Assembly: GCF_001194135.2 (NCBI RefSeq) | Contig: NC_068982.1 | Span: 31,083,916-31,147,915, forward strand | Direction: 5' to 3' | DNA from: Octopus bimaculoides | Taxonomy: Eukaryota | DNA: 64,000 bases | Shown: positions 12,573 to 25,239 of the stretch, in pieces | How the letters are laid out: every line of letters begins with the position of its first letter | Position numbering within the stretch: position 1 is the first letter of the stretch | Made by a program: the position numbers and the translations under genes | Notes under the pieces: generated by a model | The model's database searches: none | What the model was told of the DNA's origin: nothing | The model's input: the letters and a program-made list of their open reading frames with translations, nothing else

Positions 12573-12992
12573 TTTTTGTGCTTCTTTCTTTCCGTTTGGT
12601 CTGCCACACAGATCACATGCATTCTTGTCTGCCTCCTCTCCTATCTTTTCTCCTGTCAAAGCTTGTGTCTCCAGCGTTCTCCACCTCACCTCTTTATGGC
12701 TCAGCAGCCCTTACTCTTTGTTTTCACTGTCCTGTTTTGTTACCAACTTTGACCCTCCACAAATCCCAAATTTTATTTTGCTTTGCGGGAGCAACTGTTT
12801 TCGCGAAGACACATCTTGTCGCAATTGTTCGAAATGTAGAGTAGATTAACAGCCGACAACTGATGAAGGGTCGTTCTTTATGTTACTTGTCTTGTTTTGC
12901 ATTTGTTTCTTTCGTTGTTCGCAAAAAAAGTTCGTATTCCATGTTACCGTATTTCGTATTTCATGTTATTTACGTTTCATGACGTTCTGTAT
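12552..12992 (+). mobile_element. Penelope-like element 3' remnant
   Basis: Pyrimidine-rich 3' region, degenerate HHR-like segment (gcgaaga...cgaaatgtag), actgatgaaggg motif, ends at a (TA)n tract. Starts at the centre of the palindrome. Confidence 0.5.
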
Positions 12993-12994
12993 CC

Positions 12995-13062
12995 ATATAT
13001 GCATATGTATATACATATATATATATGTAAGTATGTACATATATGTCTGCATTTAAGCATAT

Positions 13063-13127
<65 letters not shown>

Positions 13128-13160
13128 GTGTGTGCGTGTGTATGTATGCGTGCGCGTATT
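12995..13160. repeat. (TA)n/(TG)n microsatellite
   Basis: Direct reading. Confidence 0.95.
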
Positions 13161-13370
13161 TGTGTCTGTATTTATCCCCGCCACATCGCTTGACATCTGG
13201 TGTTGGTGTGTCTATGTTCACCTTAACTAAGCGATTCGGCAAAAGACACCGATAAAATAACTACTAGGCTTAAAACAAAGGTCCTGAGGTCGATTTGTTC
13301 GGCTGAAACCCTCCAAGGTGGCGCCCTAGTATGGCCGTAGTCAAATGAGTGAAACAAGTAAAAGATAAAA
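13160..13370 (+). mobile_element. SINE family A, 3' half
   Basis: atcgcttgaca...gcgattcggcaaaagacaccgata...ggtcgatttgttcg...gaaacaagtaaaagataaaa matches the 5695-6138 copy. Confidence 0.85.
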
Positions 13371-13488
13371 ATTAAATATTAAGATATATTTCATGAGAAA
13401 CAAAATATAAAGTCTGATGCTTGCTGATTTACAATTTAACATATTGTCGAACGTTATTTACATTAATGTTTTTACGCCATATGCCCAC

Positions 13489-13768
13489 GGGCATATGGCG
13501 TAGTGGTTAAGAGCGCGGGCTACTAACCCCAAGATTCCACGTTCGATTCCTGAAGAATAATAATAATAATAATTATTATTATAATACCATCGAAGAATAC
13601 CTTAGGAATGAGAACTCAGGTTCGAAATTTCCCCACGACACCTGAAGAAGGCTGCAGGGTATATCAGCTGAAACGTTGTGTTAACAACAACAAGTTGAGG
13701 ACAAATATCCGGCGAATGTAAATAATGTAAATAATGTACATAATTCCTCATCTCTTAAATATAGAACT
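13489..13768 (+). mobile_element. tRNA-headed SINE-like element carrying a hammerhead ribozyme
   Basis: A box TGGCGTAGTGG 13496-13506, anticodon-like arm ggg-ctactaa-ccc, B box GTTCGATTCC 13541-13550, (AAT)n spacer, HHR at 13637-13682, AT-rich 3' part. First 14 nt are inverted-duplicated at 13473-13486. Confidence 0.8.
13637..13682 (+). ncRNA. Minimal type I hammerhead ribozyme
   Basis: Stem I GACAC/GTGTT; core CTGAAGA 13642-13648; extra A; stem II GGCTG/CAGCT with 10-nt loop; GAAA 13670-13673; helix III reduced to palindrome AACGTT; predicted cleavage 3' of GUU at 13677. Confidence 0.75.
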
Positions 13769-14268
13769 ATATTGTTGAACAGTTCATAATCTTTAATGGC
13801 TTCAAGGGAGTAGACCTAAAATTAATAACTATAGCTTAATTAAGCTGTGTTGATGTAGAATTCTTTTGTTACGTTCGGTTATACAAAGTGAAGGCGAAAA
13901 CTATCGGCTGACCGGTGCTTCCGAGAAGTCCTGCCTAACTGAAAGTCCCTTCACTGCAGACCAGCTCACTAGCTATCCTGCAGTGGAGTTACTGACTACA
14001 GTTCGTCTGTTATAAATCCTTGGGCACTCCCCTACATAACATTAATATCGTTCTAATCAGAATTAGCAATGTAAGGAAAGCAAGGCAGCTGCAACCAGAA
14101 TGACGTTGAATTCGTTTTGTTACATATGAGGCTAGTCAATATTTATTTTCCCAACCTACTGCGATGTGTAGTGTATTTATGCTTATTATATTGCGTTTTT
14201 CCATCGTGGTTTCAGTCAACAAATGCAAACATTTAAATTGTGTAGAATAATCTTACTATTGCATGTTG

Positions 14269-14490
14269 TAAGGCGGCGACTGTCAGAATCGCTAGCGCGC
14301 CGGACAAAAGTCTTAGCGGCATTTCGTCTGCTTTACTTTCTGAGTTCATATTTCGCCGAAGTCGACTTTGCTTTTCATTCTCTCTGGGTCGATATGTAAC
14401 AATCAAGTACTAGGACTAATAATACCGGCTAGCCGCTTCCATCCAAGGATTTCAAACCTTGTGCCTACCTACAGCACAAAGGATTATTAC
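14269..14490 (+). mobile_element. SINE family B
   Basis: aaggcggcgactgtcagaatcgctagc...gagttcatatttcgccgaagtcgactttgc. Confidence 0.88.
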
Positions 14491-15444
14491 ATGTTGTGCT
14501 TAATTTTCACCAATTGTGATCCTGATAGTACAGACGTATGAGGAAAAACATTCCACCATACACTTTAATTTCTGTTATATATTTAGGATTACAGTTTTTA
14601 GTACACTTCATTTTTAAGCTGGTAAGATTATCCTTTAGGAAGTTCTAGCTGTTATTTCTTCTCGGTTGAGTGACAGGTGACGGAGCGCTCGTTAGAGTAG
14701 TAATAAATGTTATGAGTCCCGGTAAAGGTCGAGTTTTGCTGCTTTACTGAATCTTACTAATAAAATTTACATGAATAATCCGCTTTTTGAAATATTCAAC
14801 TACCATGCCTAAGCACTTAATTCATATTCTCTACTTCATATTCCTATAATTAAATGGTCAAAGTTATATATTGATCTAAATCTACAAAGTAAGATTTATA
14901 AATTACAGAGAGACGTTTTGGCATGGGAAATCAAAGCAAACTTGTTAGTTTTCATGAAAGTTTGACAAAAGCTATATCCTCTCAGGAAATATGGAAACAC
15001 AGCATAAAGATATAAATCTCTGTAGAATTTCAATCCATAATTAACAAGTGGAATATCTAAATCTATATTCAATTAATCTTTTCAATTCTAACGCAGCAAT
15101 ATTACTATCATTGCTTTATGATATATTAGGATTTTCCAGAAAAATGTGATGTAATCTATCTAGCTTTAGACTCTTCTTTATCATTTCACACTTTCTAAAT
15201 TTATACATCTCAAATTACCTTTTACCAGCAAGCATACACACATACAAACACATACATACGCACACATCCCTCCAGCTCTCCCTCACTCACTCTCATTGAA
15301 TGTGACAGAGGGTGTTAGAACACGTGAAATGCTAAAGATAAGAGCTAAAGTGGTGTCATGCTGCAGTTAACGTTATAATTGTATACATACATACTGACAG
15401 CGGCCTTAAACGGCCGAAATCGGCAGTCATAATGCCCCTGTATC

Positions 15445-15485
15445 ATCGACAATTTCAGGTTAAAGACCGAACCCTCTTCAGTAGG
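15445..15485 (-). ncRNA. Hammerhead-like motif, stem I not formed
   Basis: Minus strand: CTGAAGA-GGGTT-cggtcttt-AACCT-GAAA-tt-GTC. Core and stem II are intact; flanks do not pair. Confidence 0.45.
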
Positions 15486-15586
15486 GTCGGCACCGCTCAC
15501 CAGATTCCAGATAAGATCGTCACGAGTATATATGTCTACTCCATAGAAATTTATGGAGGATTTAGCGAATAGCTTATGTGAATACG

Positions 15587-15736
15587 AGTCTAGGACATTT
15601 ACCTCTCACGGACAATAACTCCACAACGACAATAATCCTAAGGATAACAGATGATGATCTAAAACTTATTAATATATTGGAGAAGGGTAATTAACCAATA
15701 GGGGTAATTGTCCTGGTGGGGTATTGTCCTGATACG
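15587..15736. mobile_element. Short MITE-like element with subterminal GGACAA(T)TACCCC-type repeats
   Basis: Left: aggacatttacctc, ggacaataactcc, gacaataatcc. Right, inverted: ggggtaattgtcct, ggggtattgtcctgatac. Confidence 0.55.
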
Positions 15737-15808
15737 GTGTATACAAATAATTAAACTAAGCATCAGTTTTCCTTCTGGTGGTACATTGCTCAACAGCTGC
15801 CTATTTTA

Positions 15809-15811
<3 letters not shown>

Positions 15812-15884
<73 letters not shown>

Positions 15885-15899
15885 TATATATATATACAC
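15812..15899. repeat. (CA)n/(TA)n microsatellite
   Basis: Direct reading. Confidence 0.95.
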
Positions 15900-15904
15900 A
15901 GGAA

Positions 15905-17292
15905 ATAATTAAGATTCAGTTGAATTAGGTACTGAAGTTGAAAATGGAATATTCAGTTGGATTAGGTACGTAATCTGCTGACTTACAATAAGATGCAGCG
16001 CCCAAGGGCAGACGCAGATCGTCTTTACCTACCCAGAGCTCAAGGAGGTAGAGTCTTGATCCAATTTGAAATCTCCTACAAAACCACCACAATTGGACTG
16101 GTAAGATATATTGAAACATCTCACGACTGGATGCTAAAGCTCGTTGAAAAGCATAAAAGACGTAAGAAACTTCATTCTATTATGAAGGAGAGCAAAAACT
16201 TTTCAAGCGAGTTTATGCATAATACCCAGGTTGAACAACATGAGGGAAGTGTAGCAATTGCAGTTGCAAAGAAGGTGAAATCAATAGCAAAGCAAAATGA
16301 ACTTGAACAATTGGCTAATAGGTAGGAACAAATACCTTTGCACGGCAAATGTGTGGCCCGTATCAAACTAGCTGTTGTAGACCAGAAGCACATCCGTCAG
16401 TGGTTACGGAGCTCAGGGCTAAAGCCCGAGAGTAAAGGCTTTATTTTGGCTGCCCAAGATCAGAGCATTTTCACTCGGAACTATGAAGTCAATGCGATGA
16501 AAAATGGTGTAAACCCAAAGTGCCGATACTGCAACGGTAGGATACAAATACTCGACCACCTAATCTCTGAATATAAGGTTTAGCACCTGTAGAGCACCAA
16601 TCAGGACATCTACATTGGAAAATGTGTCGACATTATAAAATCAAAACTGCTGACAAATGGTACAAGCACCACACTGAGGCTGTAACTGAGGGAGAAAATG
16701 TAACTATTCTTTGGGACTTCCCAGTATGTACAGACCGGACCATTAAGGCAAATAAACCAGATATTGTTGTGAAAGACCAAACCAATAAAGTCTGTGTATT
16801 AATTGACATAAGCATACCCTGTGACCATACCTGGGCAAAAGAATTTGATAAGCCCAGAAACTATAAAGATTTGCTAATCGAAATCGAAAAGATGTGGCAT
16901 CTGAAGACAGTTACAATATCAGTTATCATAGGAGCACTTGGAATGATCAAAAATGAACTGAAATTATTTAAGAATGATCCCTGGCTTACCATCAATGCAG
17001 GAAGTGCAAAATATTGCCTTCACTCGTACGTCACACGTATTGTGAAGAGCATTGTCGCTGTGAAGTTGCTGTCTTTTTTCTCTCTTTATTTTAGTTGTTT
17101 ACTTTTCTATTATTTATTTTTTCATTTTCTCTCTGTCTTCCCCTTTTTCTCTATCACATGTCTCTGTAAATGATCAATCTGGTGTGTTTGTTTTAATGGC
17201 CTACCAATGTTTACAGTACGTTTCACTGTCTTAGGTGTCAGGAAGACATTCGATAACAAATGGAAACAGAATTGAAAGAAGATGCTACTGAA
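15905..17292 (+). mobile_element. 5'-truncated R4/Dong-like non-LTR retrotransposon (restriction-like endonuclease type)
   Basis: DRLYLPRAQGGR, GLKPESKGFILAAQDQ, CCHC knuckle CRYC...DHLIS, REL motif ILWDF...KPDIVVKD...LIDISIP...YKDL...VIIGALG. Disrupted by stops; ends at (AAT)n. Confidence 0.9.
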
Positions 17293-17311
17293 AATAATAA
17301 TAATAATGATT

Positions 17312-17355
<44 letters not shown>

Positions 17356-17403
17356 ATACAAAAGATGTGTCATCTTAAAACTAGAACTGTTCCTGTTATT
17401 GTA
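17293..17403 (+). repeat. (AAT)n/(GAT)n tract followed by a tiny R4-like C-terminal fragment
   Basis: EIQKMCHLKTRTVPVIV at about 17353-17403 mirrors EIEKMWHLKTVTISVII of the upstream element. Confidence 0.65.
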
Positions 17404-17839
17404 ATGAATGGCCGGTGGCTGGGAGGAAGAGAAAAAAGAAAATTACTCGTCTCGCCCCTCACGAACCAAAAAGCTAAAGATTACAAGATTTTACAAACAA
17501 GAACTCACATGAACATTTAACAGAAACAAACGAAATGAATAAAAAAGACTCCCAAAACACAAAACAAAACTAAGGTAACTTCACCAAGCAAAATGAAAAA
17601 TGTTCGATGATGTTGTCTGAGTCGTGGGACACGGTTGACCATCATTTCATCTTTTCATTTATTAATCATACATTCACTCATTCGATTTTTACTTTCTTCG
17701 GCTCCACATGTAATGTTCTGTATCGTCTCATCTATGTGTGGCCAATAAATTAAATAGTTCGTAGTAGGCGCTCTCTACTTGCTTTGCTAAGTATACTGCA
17801 TACCGAAGCGGGTGTTATAACAATCCAACATTTTAAGGA

Positions 17840-17969
<130 letters not shown>

Positions 17970-19651
17970 TTTGGCAAAAGGCCACGAGATTGGCCTCAGT
18001 AAATTTCCATAAAAGGCAAAACGAATGACGAGAAATTGACTGCATCGTCAGAAAAGGTATGAACGGTTTCATGAACATGGTTCAACTATTCAGTATCGGC
18101 AGATATGTAACCAATAGAGCGGTACACATGGAAGTAGGGTCAAATTCTTGCGAAAACGTTTTGGCGACGTATCTGAAAGCTTTTCTAAAAGTTATATAAA
18201 GATTGGATATTACACTCCAAGTGAGCATGACCTCAGATGCTACAAAGAACGCTGATTTATTATAAGTGTTCTCCCTTTCCTACTTGTTCTGTCTATAACA
18301 ACTATGAACACTAATCATACCAGCTAAAATATTATGTCTATTTTATGCAGTGAATTTTATGCTTTACATTATCATAACACGATAACATGTATGTTCTTTA
18401 AATTATGGAAACGTATACTATCATTGTAGTCATAATCAAGTTAACACGAAAGCTACGAGCCTAACTTTCCATTTTGTGTATCACCGATTATGATTTGATG
18501 ACCACCACTAAAATAAACATCAATGCAGTCTGTAATATGTTTCATGCAAAGTGGGTGAAAGTGTTATAAAACAAACCTTTATAGTTGGGTGAAATTAGAA
18601 TAACTAACTTCATAGTAACGGTCACATCAGGAGCTTTAAAACTGAGTTTGTACGGAAAAGTTAACGGGAAAATGATTTTTTTTAAAATACAATGTGGCTT
18701 CCTCTAAACCAAAGATTTCTCTTTATCAGGAGATACCTACGAAAAATAATGTATACAATAATCAGATCTGAATTAGAAGTTCTAGAACTAAATGGAAAAC
18801 TAAATAATACTTGCGCTAGATAAAAATTCACTTATAAACAACATTTTCCATATTGGTTGTTTTCAGAATAACTCTAGAAATAAATACAGAAGAGATGCAG
18901 AAATTTCAAATAAGTCTACGTTGTTAAACTCTGAGTAAAAAAAACATTATTACAAAATACAAAATAGCAAAACTGGAGATTAGGGTGATAATGATGTAAA
19001 TACTGTTAAAGAAGCATAACGGGAAATCTTGAGTAGTTAAGTAAAAAAGATATATGTATATATGTATATATATACANNNNNNNNNNNNNNNNNNNNNNNN
19101 NNNNNNNNNNNNNNNNNNNNNNNNNNNNNNNNNNNNNNNNNNNNNNNNNNNNNNNNNNNNNNNNNNNNNNNNNNNNNNNNNNNNNNNNNNNNNNNNNNNN
19201 NNNNNNNNNNNNNNNNNNNNNNNNNNNNNNNNNNNNNNNNNNNNNNNNNNNNNNNNNNNNNNNNNNNNNNNNNNNNNNNNNNNNNNNNNNNNNNNNNNNN
19301 NNNNNNNNNNNNNNNNNNNNNNNNNNNNNNNNNNNNNNNNNNNNNNNNNNNNNNNNNNNNNNNNNNNNNNNNNNNNNNNNNNNNNNNNNNNNNNNNNNNN
19401 NNNNNNNNNNNNNNNNNNNNNNNNNNNNNNNNNNNNNNNNNNNNNNNNNNNNNNNNNNNNNNNNNNNNNNNNNNNNNNNNNNNNNNNNNNNNNNNNNNNN
19501 NNNNNNNNNNNNNNNNNNNNNNNNNNNNNNNNNNNNNNNNNNNNNNNNNNNNNNNNNNNNNNNNNNNNNNNNNNNNNNNNNNNNNNNNNNNNNNNNNNNN
19601 NNNNNNNNNNNNNNNNNNNNNNNNNNNNNNNNNNNTATATATATATACACT

Positions 19652-19693
<42 letters not shown>

Positions 19694-20219
19694 TGAGATA
19701 CTGATCGATAGATAATCAATAGTATATGGCAGCGAGACAAAAGAAAAATTTAAATAGTAACATTTATAAGGTTATTTTTATATTTCAGGTACAACGAATA
19801 TTGCATATTCACATGTATTCTGAATACACACATCCATTTTGCTTTGTTATCAGATTTTTTGGGGACAATGTAAGGCATACCACATGCCAAGCATTGGTTC
19901 ACTACATTTTGATGGCTAAATTCACATGGAACTGTCTGTTCAACGCTGTCTATCACAAGATATTTTCGTTTGAATTCATCGACTTTCTCGTCAACGCGTA
20001 CAGTTTTTTGACGTCACATAATTGTATATATTGAAGATATATACAAATTCTCACGCACAGTTCCTATCTACAAAATAATTTCAGTCAAAAAGCATTACTC
20101 CAAACAATGGTATGATAAAGCACAGTATCTCGACATTATGTGCAGTAGAACGCACGACGAATCACGTAGTAATGAAGGAAACTACCAAATCACACAGCTA
20201 TAGTAAGTAGATTTGGAGG

Positions 20220-20430
20220 GAAGGCGCGTGGCTTAGTGTGTTACACTCACGATCCTGAGATTGTGGGTTGTATTCCTGGACTAGTTTATGCGCTGTGTTC
20301 TTGAGTTCTTGAGTTCTTCAGCTCGCAAAAGCGAGTAATCCTGCGACGGATCGGATCCCCATCTAGGAGGTGTTAAATACGCCACAGAATATGGAAAAAC
20401 GAAATTACGAGCTTATGGCTAGAGAAAGTT
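20220..20430 (+). mobile_element. SINE family C, degenerate
   Basis: aaggcgcgtggcttagtg...ctcacgatc...gtgttcttgag, similar to the head of the 61291-61598 copy. Confidence 0.6.
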
Positions 20431-20623
20431 ATTTAAAGGCGTTTTTTTTTTTGAGTGAACATATTTAATGCAGGGAGCATTATATAGATAAGTAAATATA
20501 ATTCAGAGATAATAAATAACAGTTACTAGACGTGTATTGAGTATATTAATTATTTAATTGATCAATTACTCAGAAGCATATTTATAAACGTTGTGAGTAA
20601 AGAATCACTCTGGATTTGTCATG

Positions 20624-20682
<59 letters not shown>

Positions 20683-23600
20683 GTGTGTGTGTACATTATG
20701 TGCTAATATATATGTTTGTCTGTGTTTGTATGTGGGGAGTGTATGTGTGCGTGTGAAATTGTATTTGTGTGTTCCCTTTTAGTGCGTTTTCATTATTTCC
20801 ATTCCCACTTCGGTTTTCATTATCACACACACACACACACACACACACATATGCATACACAAACACACACAGCAGTAGCAACATAAATGTAGATAAAGAG
20901 TTATATGTTGGTGGTTGACAAGGTAAGTGCATGGAGTGTTCACAGATGGATAGATAACGTTTTGTCTGAGGGTAGTCTACAAAATTTACGAATGGACTTC
21001 AAGAAAGCAAAGTTTAATACAAGCTAGAATTAACTATCATGGCGTCTATAAGTATTCCCATAAATCTTTATAGACGTTGGATCAATTTGGCATGAATTTC
21101 AACGATTGTTGTTTGTATTCCAGTTCTTCAATAAACGGTAATGTGTCCATAAATTATAGCGTTAAGGAACTAAAAATTCAAGAAAGAGGTATACATTTAA
21201 AATATTATTCATCCGGTAGACTTGACCTGTATTGTGTAATGTATTTGGATCGGGGAATTGCTGGTACAGTGTAGTCTGAAACTTCGGCACTCCTAATATC
21301 GCTTTCATAAAATGTGTCCTTGGAGATTACGACAGGAAATTATATGACCCAGGTATCGTATCATTTAATTGAAAATGGTAGCCTTAACTATTCAAAATGC
21401 ACTTTGGTTGAACGATCAGTGACATATATATGACATGGCAATTTAAGAAGTCTAAGGCAAAATGGTGAAAGGAAATATTGCATTTTAAAAGGTTTTAAAA
21501 TAGAAAATGGGTGATGAGATACAAACTGTATAAAAATATTGATGAGTAAGGTTCTAGAATCAAGCCCATTTAATATATTAAAGACAGGTTTATAGTCTAA
21601 ATTTTCTTCTTTGTACAACATTGAATGGGTCAACTTATAAACGACTACGCAATCATCCATTCTGTAAGAAATAGCAGCCAAATTTCCGTTAAATCAAATC
21701 CCCACCGTATCATGTTGGGACAAACTACAGATAACGTAGTACTGCATACAGCTAACAAAAATTCTAGATTTTCATGGCTTAATTGTATTTAACCAGAGGA
21801 TTGCTTAACCAAGTCTGACCGAGGGTTAAAACAGAAATAACAATAACAAAATAATAGGATAAATATTTTCTCTCTCAATATCATAAAATTAAGACTTTCT
21901 TAAATAAAAAGAAAAAGATACCTAGCAAAAAAACTGATACAAAAAATTTCTAGTGGACCGTATAAAATGAATCAAAGAATATTCTTAAAGAACTTGCCTC
22001 AACAACTTTTCTTTTACCTTTCAGACCAAATGCACCCCAAAATGCAACACTTGTCTCTCTTCAGTGATATAATAAATTGAAAGATGATAAGGAAAATAAT
22101 ATAAAAACTAAAACAAGGAGCTAGTATACTGAACGTAGTGAATCCAAACAAAAGTCGTTATTCTTATTATCATGAATAATATATCTTCTCATTGCGAGTG
22201 CAAATTTCTTTGATAAAAATATCTCTTTGATTCACTACATTTGATATGTTAGCTCGCATTTAACTACGCGTTCTTTATGCAAAGAAGGCACTCTTATAAA
22301 TTTTTCTGCTATTTAAGAACGGAGCTGTCTGATTGGGATGCAATACACTTAACGACTGATACACATATTGAGATATTAGGAGAAGGAGTATTTACTTGTT
22401 TGCTCGACTTCTAGAAACAGCAACCATTTCTTTTCTCTATTCACAAAGAAGGACATTAAAGTACATGATCCTCAGTACNNNNNNNNNNAAAAAAAAAAAT
22501 CCCCCCAAAAAACAAAAAGAACAGAACAGTCAATAGATAATCTTTTGAGCATAAGCCTGTTCAAAGAAAACTGAGTCGCAGTGTTATTCACAGTGGACTA
22601 TACGGGTCATAAACAAGAGGCATACACTTTGTATTTGGTCACGGTGACGTTTGTATATTTAGAAATTATGGTTTGCTTTTTGATCACTCTTGAAATTTGC
22701 TTTCTTTTTACCCTCGACACATAACTGATGTATTGAAAAAAATCAATAAAAATGTTTAAGAAAGTACAAATATAACTTTCTGTTGCTTAGCTTACAATGA
22801 AAGGATGAAGGAGAGGTCGATTGCATTGAGTGTAAATTACTATGTAAATTGCAGTTAGATACAGTATGTATTTTAAATTTGTCAAACGTCATCACTTGGC
22901 CAAATCATCTATAATCAACTGAGACGTTACACTTAAAATATTGATTCAGATTACTTCAGGTGATGTGGATGAAATATGCAGTAAAAAATAATTTCCTAAC
23001 TAGAATGAAAACGTCGTGGCAGATATTTTACATGGGCATAGAAATAGTTTTTAGGGTCTTAAACTTAATCATGACGTACAGAGCATGCACATTTTTGAAG
23101 TTTCAACAATTAATTCTATTGAAGCTAATATTTTTAATGATATTATTTCATAGTCATTTTGTAATAATGGGAAACTAATTTTACATTGCTACTCAAGGAA
23201 GTATGGTGAATATATATGGACAATAACTTCGATCGACTATTTACGCTATGGGATCCACTAGGCAACGTATAACCGTTCAAGTCATCATTAAGTGGACCAA
23301 ATTTTAAAAAATAACACAGTGTAAAATTAAGTGTTTTCCAATTAACAGAAGATAAGTTCCTTCTTTTTTTTTCTACTGAAGTTATATGTTCAAGTGTGTG
23401 AATTAATTAAATCAAATTCTCCAAGGACAATACTCTGATCTTGTGGAAAGTTGTCAAAAAGAAAAAAAAAAAATTAATGGCTCTATGAATAAATTGCTTT
23501 ACTGGCAGAAGCAATTTGCACACTTTAAAAAAAGTAAGCCATTAGAGAATTGTATTTAAGACTGCTGAGAATATACGAATGGCTTGATTCAAAATTTCAA

Positions 23601-24164
23601 AATCCAATTTTAAGGCGTTCTAAGTATGAAAATACATTACCGTTTTTTTGGTGGGCATTCTATTATTAAGCTATCGACCAAATGATGGTAGCGACCCATA
23701 ATTGTGGAGTAACTATGGGATTATAAAAAAGGAAAAAATGCAAAATGCGAGAACATCTAAAAATTTAAGGAGTATTGAAATTTATACTAATTGCTGACAG
23801 AAACCAATAAATTTTAAAGCTGGTTAAATGATCCACAATCTTCCTTTCTAAACGCATGCCTTGGGGAAGCAGAGATTTTTTTCTACTGCCAGCGATATAT
23901 TCAAAAGAAAAAAATATACTAAGTGTTAATAAAGTTGAGACAATCCAACCGAAATTAATCAGTCATTGAAAATCAATTATGAATTATTGAATGCAGAGAA
24001 AGCTTGAAAAAATTTATATTTGGAGAATGATATTTGATTATCTGTAGTCGACATTGACCAGACGTCGGGTGGAGAAAAAATATTGTTTGGAATAAGAGGA
24101 AAATGATAGTGATGTCACAGAGCTAATAAACTGAGTTTATGACATTAGCAAACCCTAGAAACCT

Positions 24165-24218
24165 GACAACTACTACTAAACACCACTACTACCACTATAA
24201 CAATCCACTCCGCCGCCC

Positions 24219-24293
<75 letters not shown>

Positions 24294-24322
24294 TTACTAC
24301 TACTACTACTACTAGTTGTAGT
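24165..24322. repeat. (ACT)n microsatellite
   Basis: Direct reading. Confidence 0.95.
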
Positions 24323-24419
24323 AGTTGCAGTTGATATGTTTTATGCATATATATATTGATAGGAAGGACAGCAAAAGAAAGAGACCATGATATTATGTAA
24401 ATAGAGGAATTTATCTGTA

Positions 24420-24501
24420 AAAATATGTGACACTTATTCGGTAGCCATGATAAAACTCAGAGTTTCGGATGCCGGGGTGGGAGCCCACGCCAACATCTCT
24501 T
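24420..24501 (-). mobile_element. Penelope-like end with partial HHR-like motif running into an N gap
   Basis: Minus strand: AAGA-GATGTTGG...CCGGCATC-C-GAAAC-TCTGA-GTT. The 5' CUG and stem I would lie in the gap. Confidence 0.4.
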
Positions 24502-25239
24502 NNNNNNNNNNNNNNNNNNNNNNNNNNNNNNNNNNNNNNNNNNNNNNNNNNNNNNNNNNNNNNNNNNNNNNNNNNNNNNNNNNNNNNNNNNNNNNNNNNN
24601 NNNNNNNNNNNNNNNNNNNNNNNNNNNNNNNNNNNNNNNNNNNNNNNNNNNNNNNNNNNNNNNNNNNNNNNNNNNNNNNNNNNNNNNNNNNNNNNNNNNN
24701 NNNNNNNNNNNNNNNNNNNNNNNNNNNNNNNNNNNNNNNNNNNNNNNNNNNNNNNNNNNNNNNNNNNNNNNNNNNNNNNNNNNNNNNNNNNNNNNNNNNN
24801 NNNNNNNNNNNNNNNNNNNNNNNNNNNNNNNNNNNNNNNNNNNNNNNNNNNNNNNNNNNNNNNNNNNNNNNNNNNNNNNNNNNNNNNNNNNNNNNNNNNN
24901 NNNNNNNNNNNNNNNNNNNNNNNNNNNNNNNNNNNNNNNNNNNNNNNNNNNNNNNNNNNNNNNNNNNNNNNNNNNNNNNNNNNNNNNNNNNNNNNNNNNN
25001 NNNNNNNNNNNNNNNNNNNNNNNNNNNNNNNNNNNNNNNNNNNNNNNNNNNNNNNNNNNNNNNNNNNNNNNNNNNNNNNNNNNNNNNNNNNNNNNNNNNN
25101 NNNNNNNNNNNNNNNNNNNNNNNNNNNNNNNNNNNNNNNNNNNNNNNNNNNNNNNNNNNNNNNNNNNNNNNNNNNNNNNNNNNNNNNNNNNNNNNNNNNN
25201 NNNNNNNNNNNNNNNNNNTATATATATATATATATATAT

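Noticed and set aside
12800-12870. Hammerhead in the 12552 Penelope-like remnant
   Set aside because: Core reads gcgaaga and gaaat, stem II does not pair, and the downstream CTGATGA has no following stem or GAAA.
13489-13552. Genuine tRNA gene
   Set aside because: No acceptor-stem 3' strand and imperfect arms; it is a SINE head. The same applies to the heads of families A-D.
20880-20930. Consensus donor AAG/GTAAGT with an upstream ELYVGG motif
   Set aside because: In-frame stop directly after GG, and no credible acceptor.
21300-21365. Minus-strand IRYLGHIIS, an RT-like motif
   Set aside because: Isolated 9-residue match with no neighbouring RT motifs.
22005-22070. Candidate exon after a strong acceptor (cttttacctttcag), reading TKCTPKCNTC or PNAPQNATL
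   Set aside because: All frames stop within about 20 codons, the donor is weak, and there is no partner exon.
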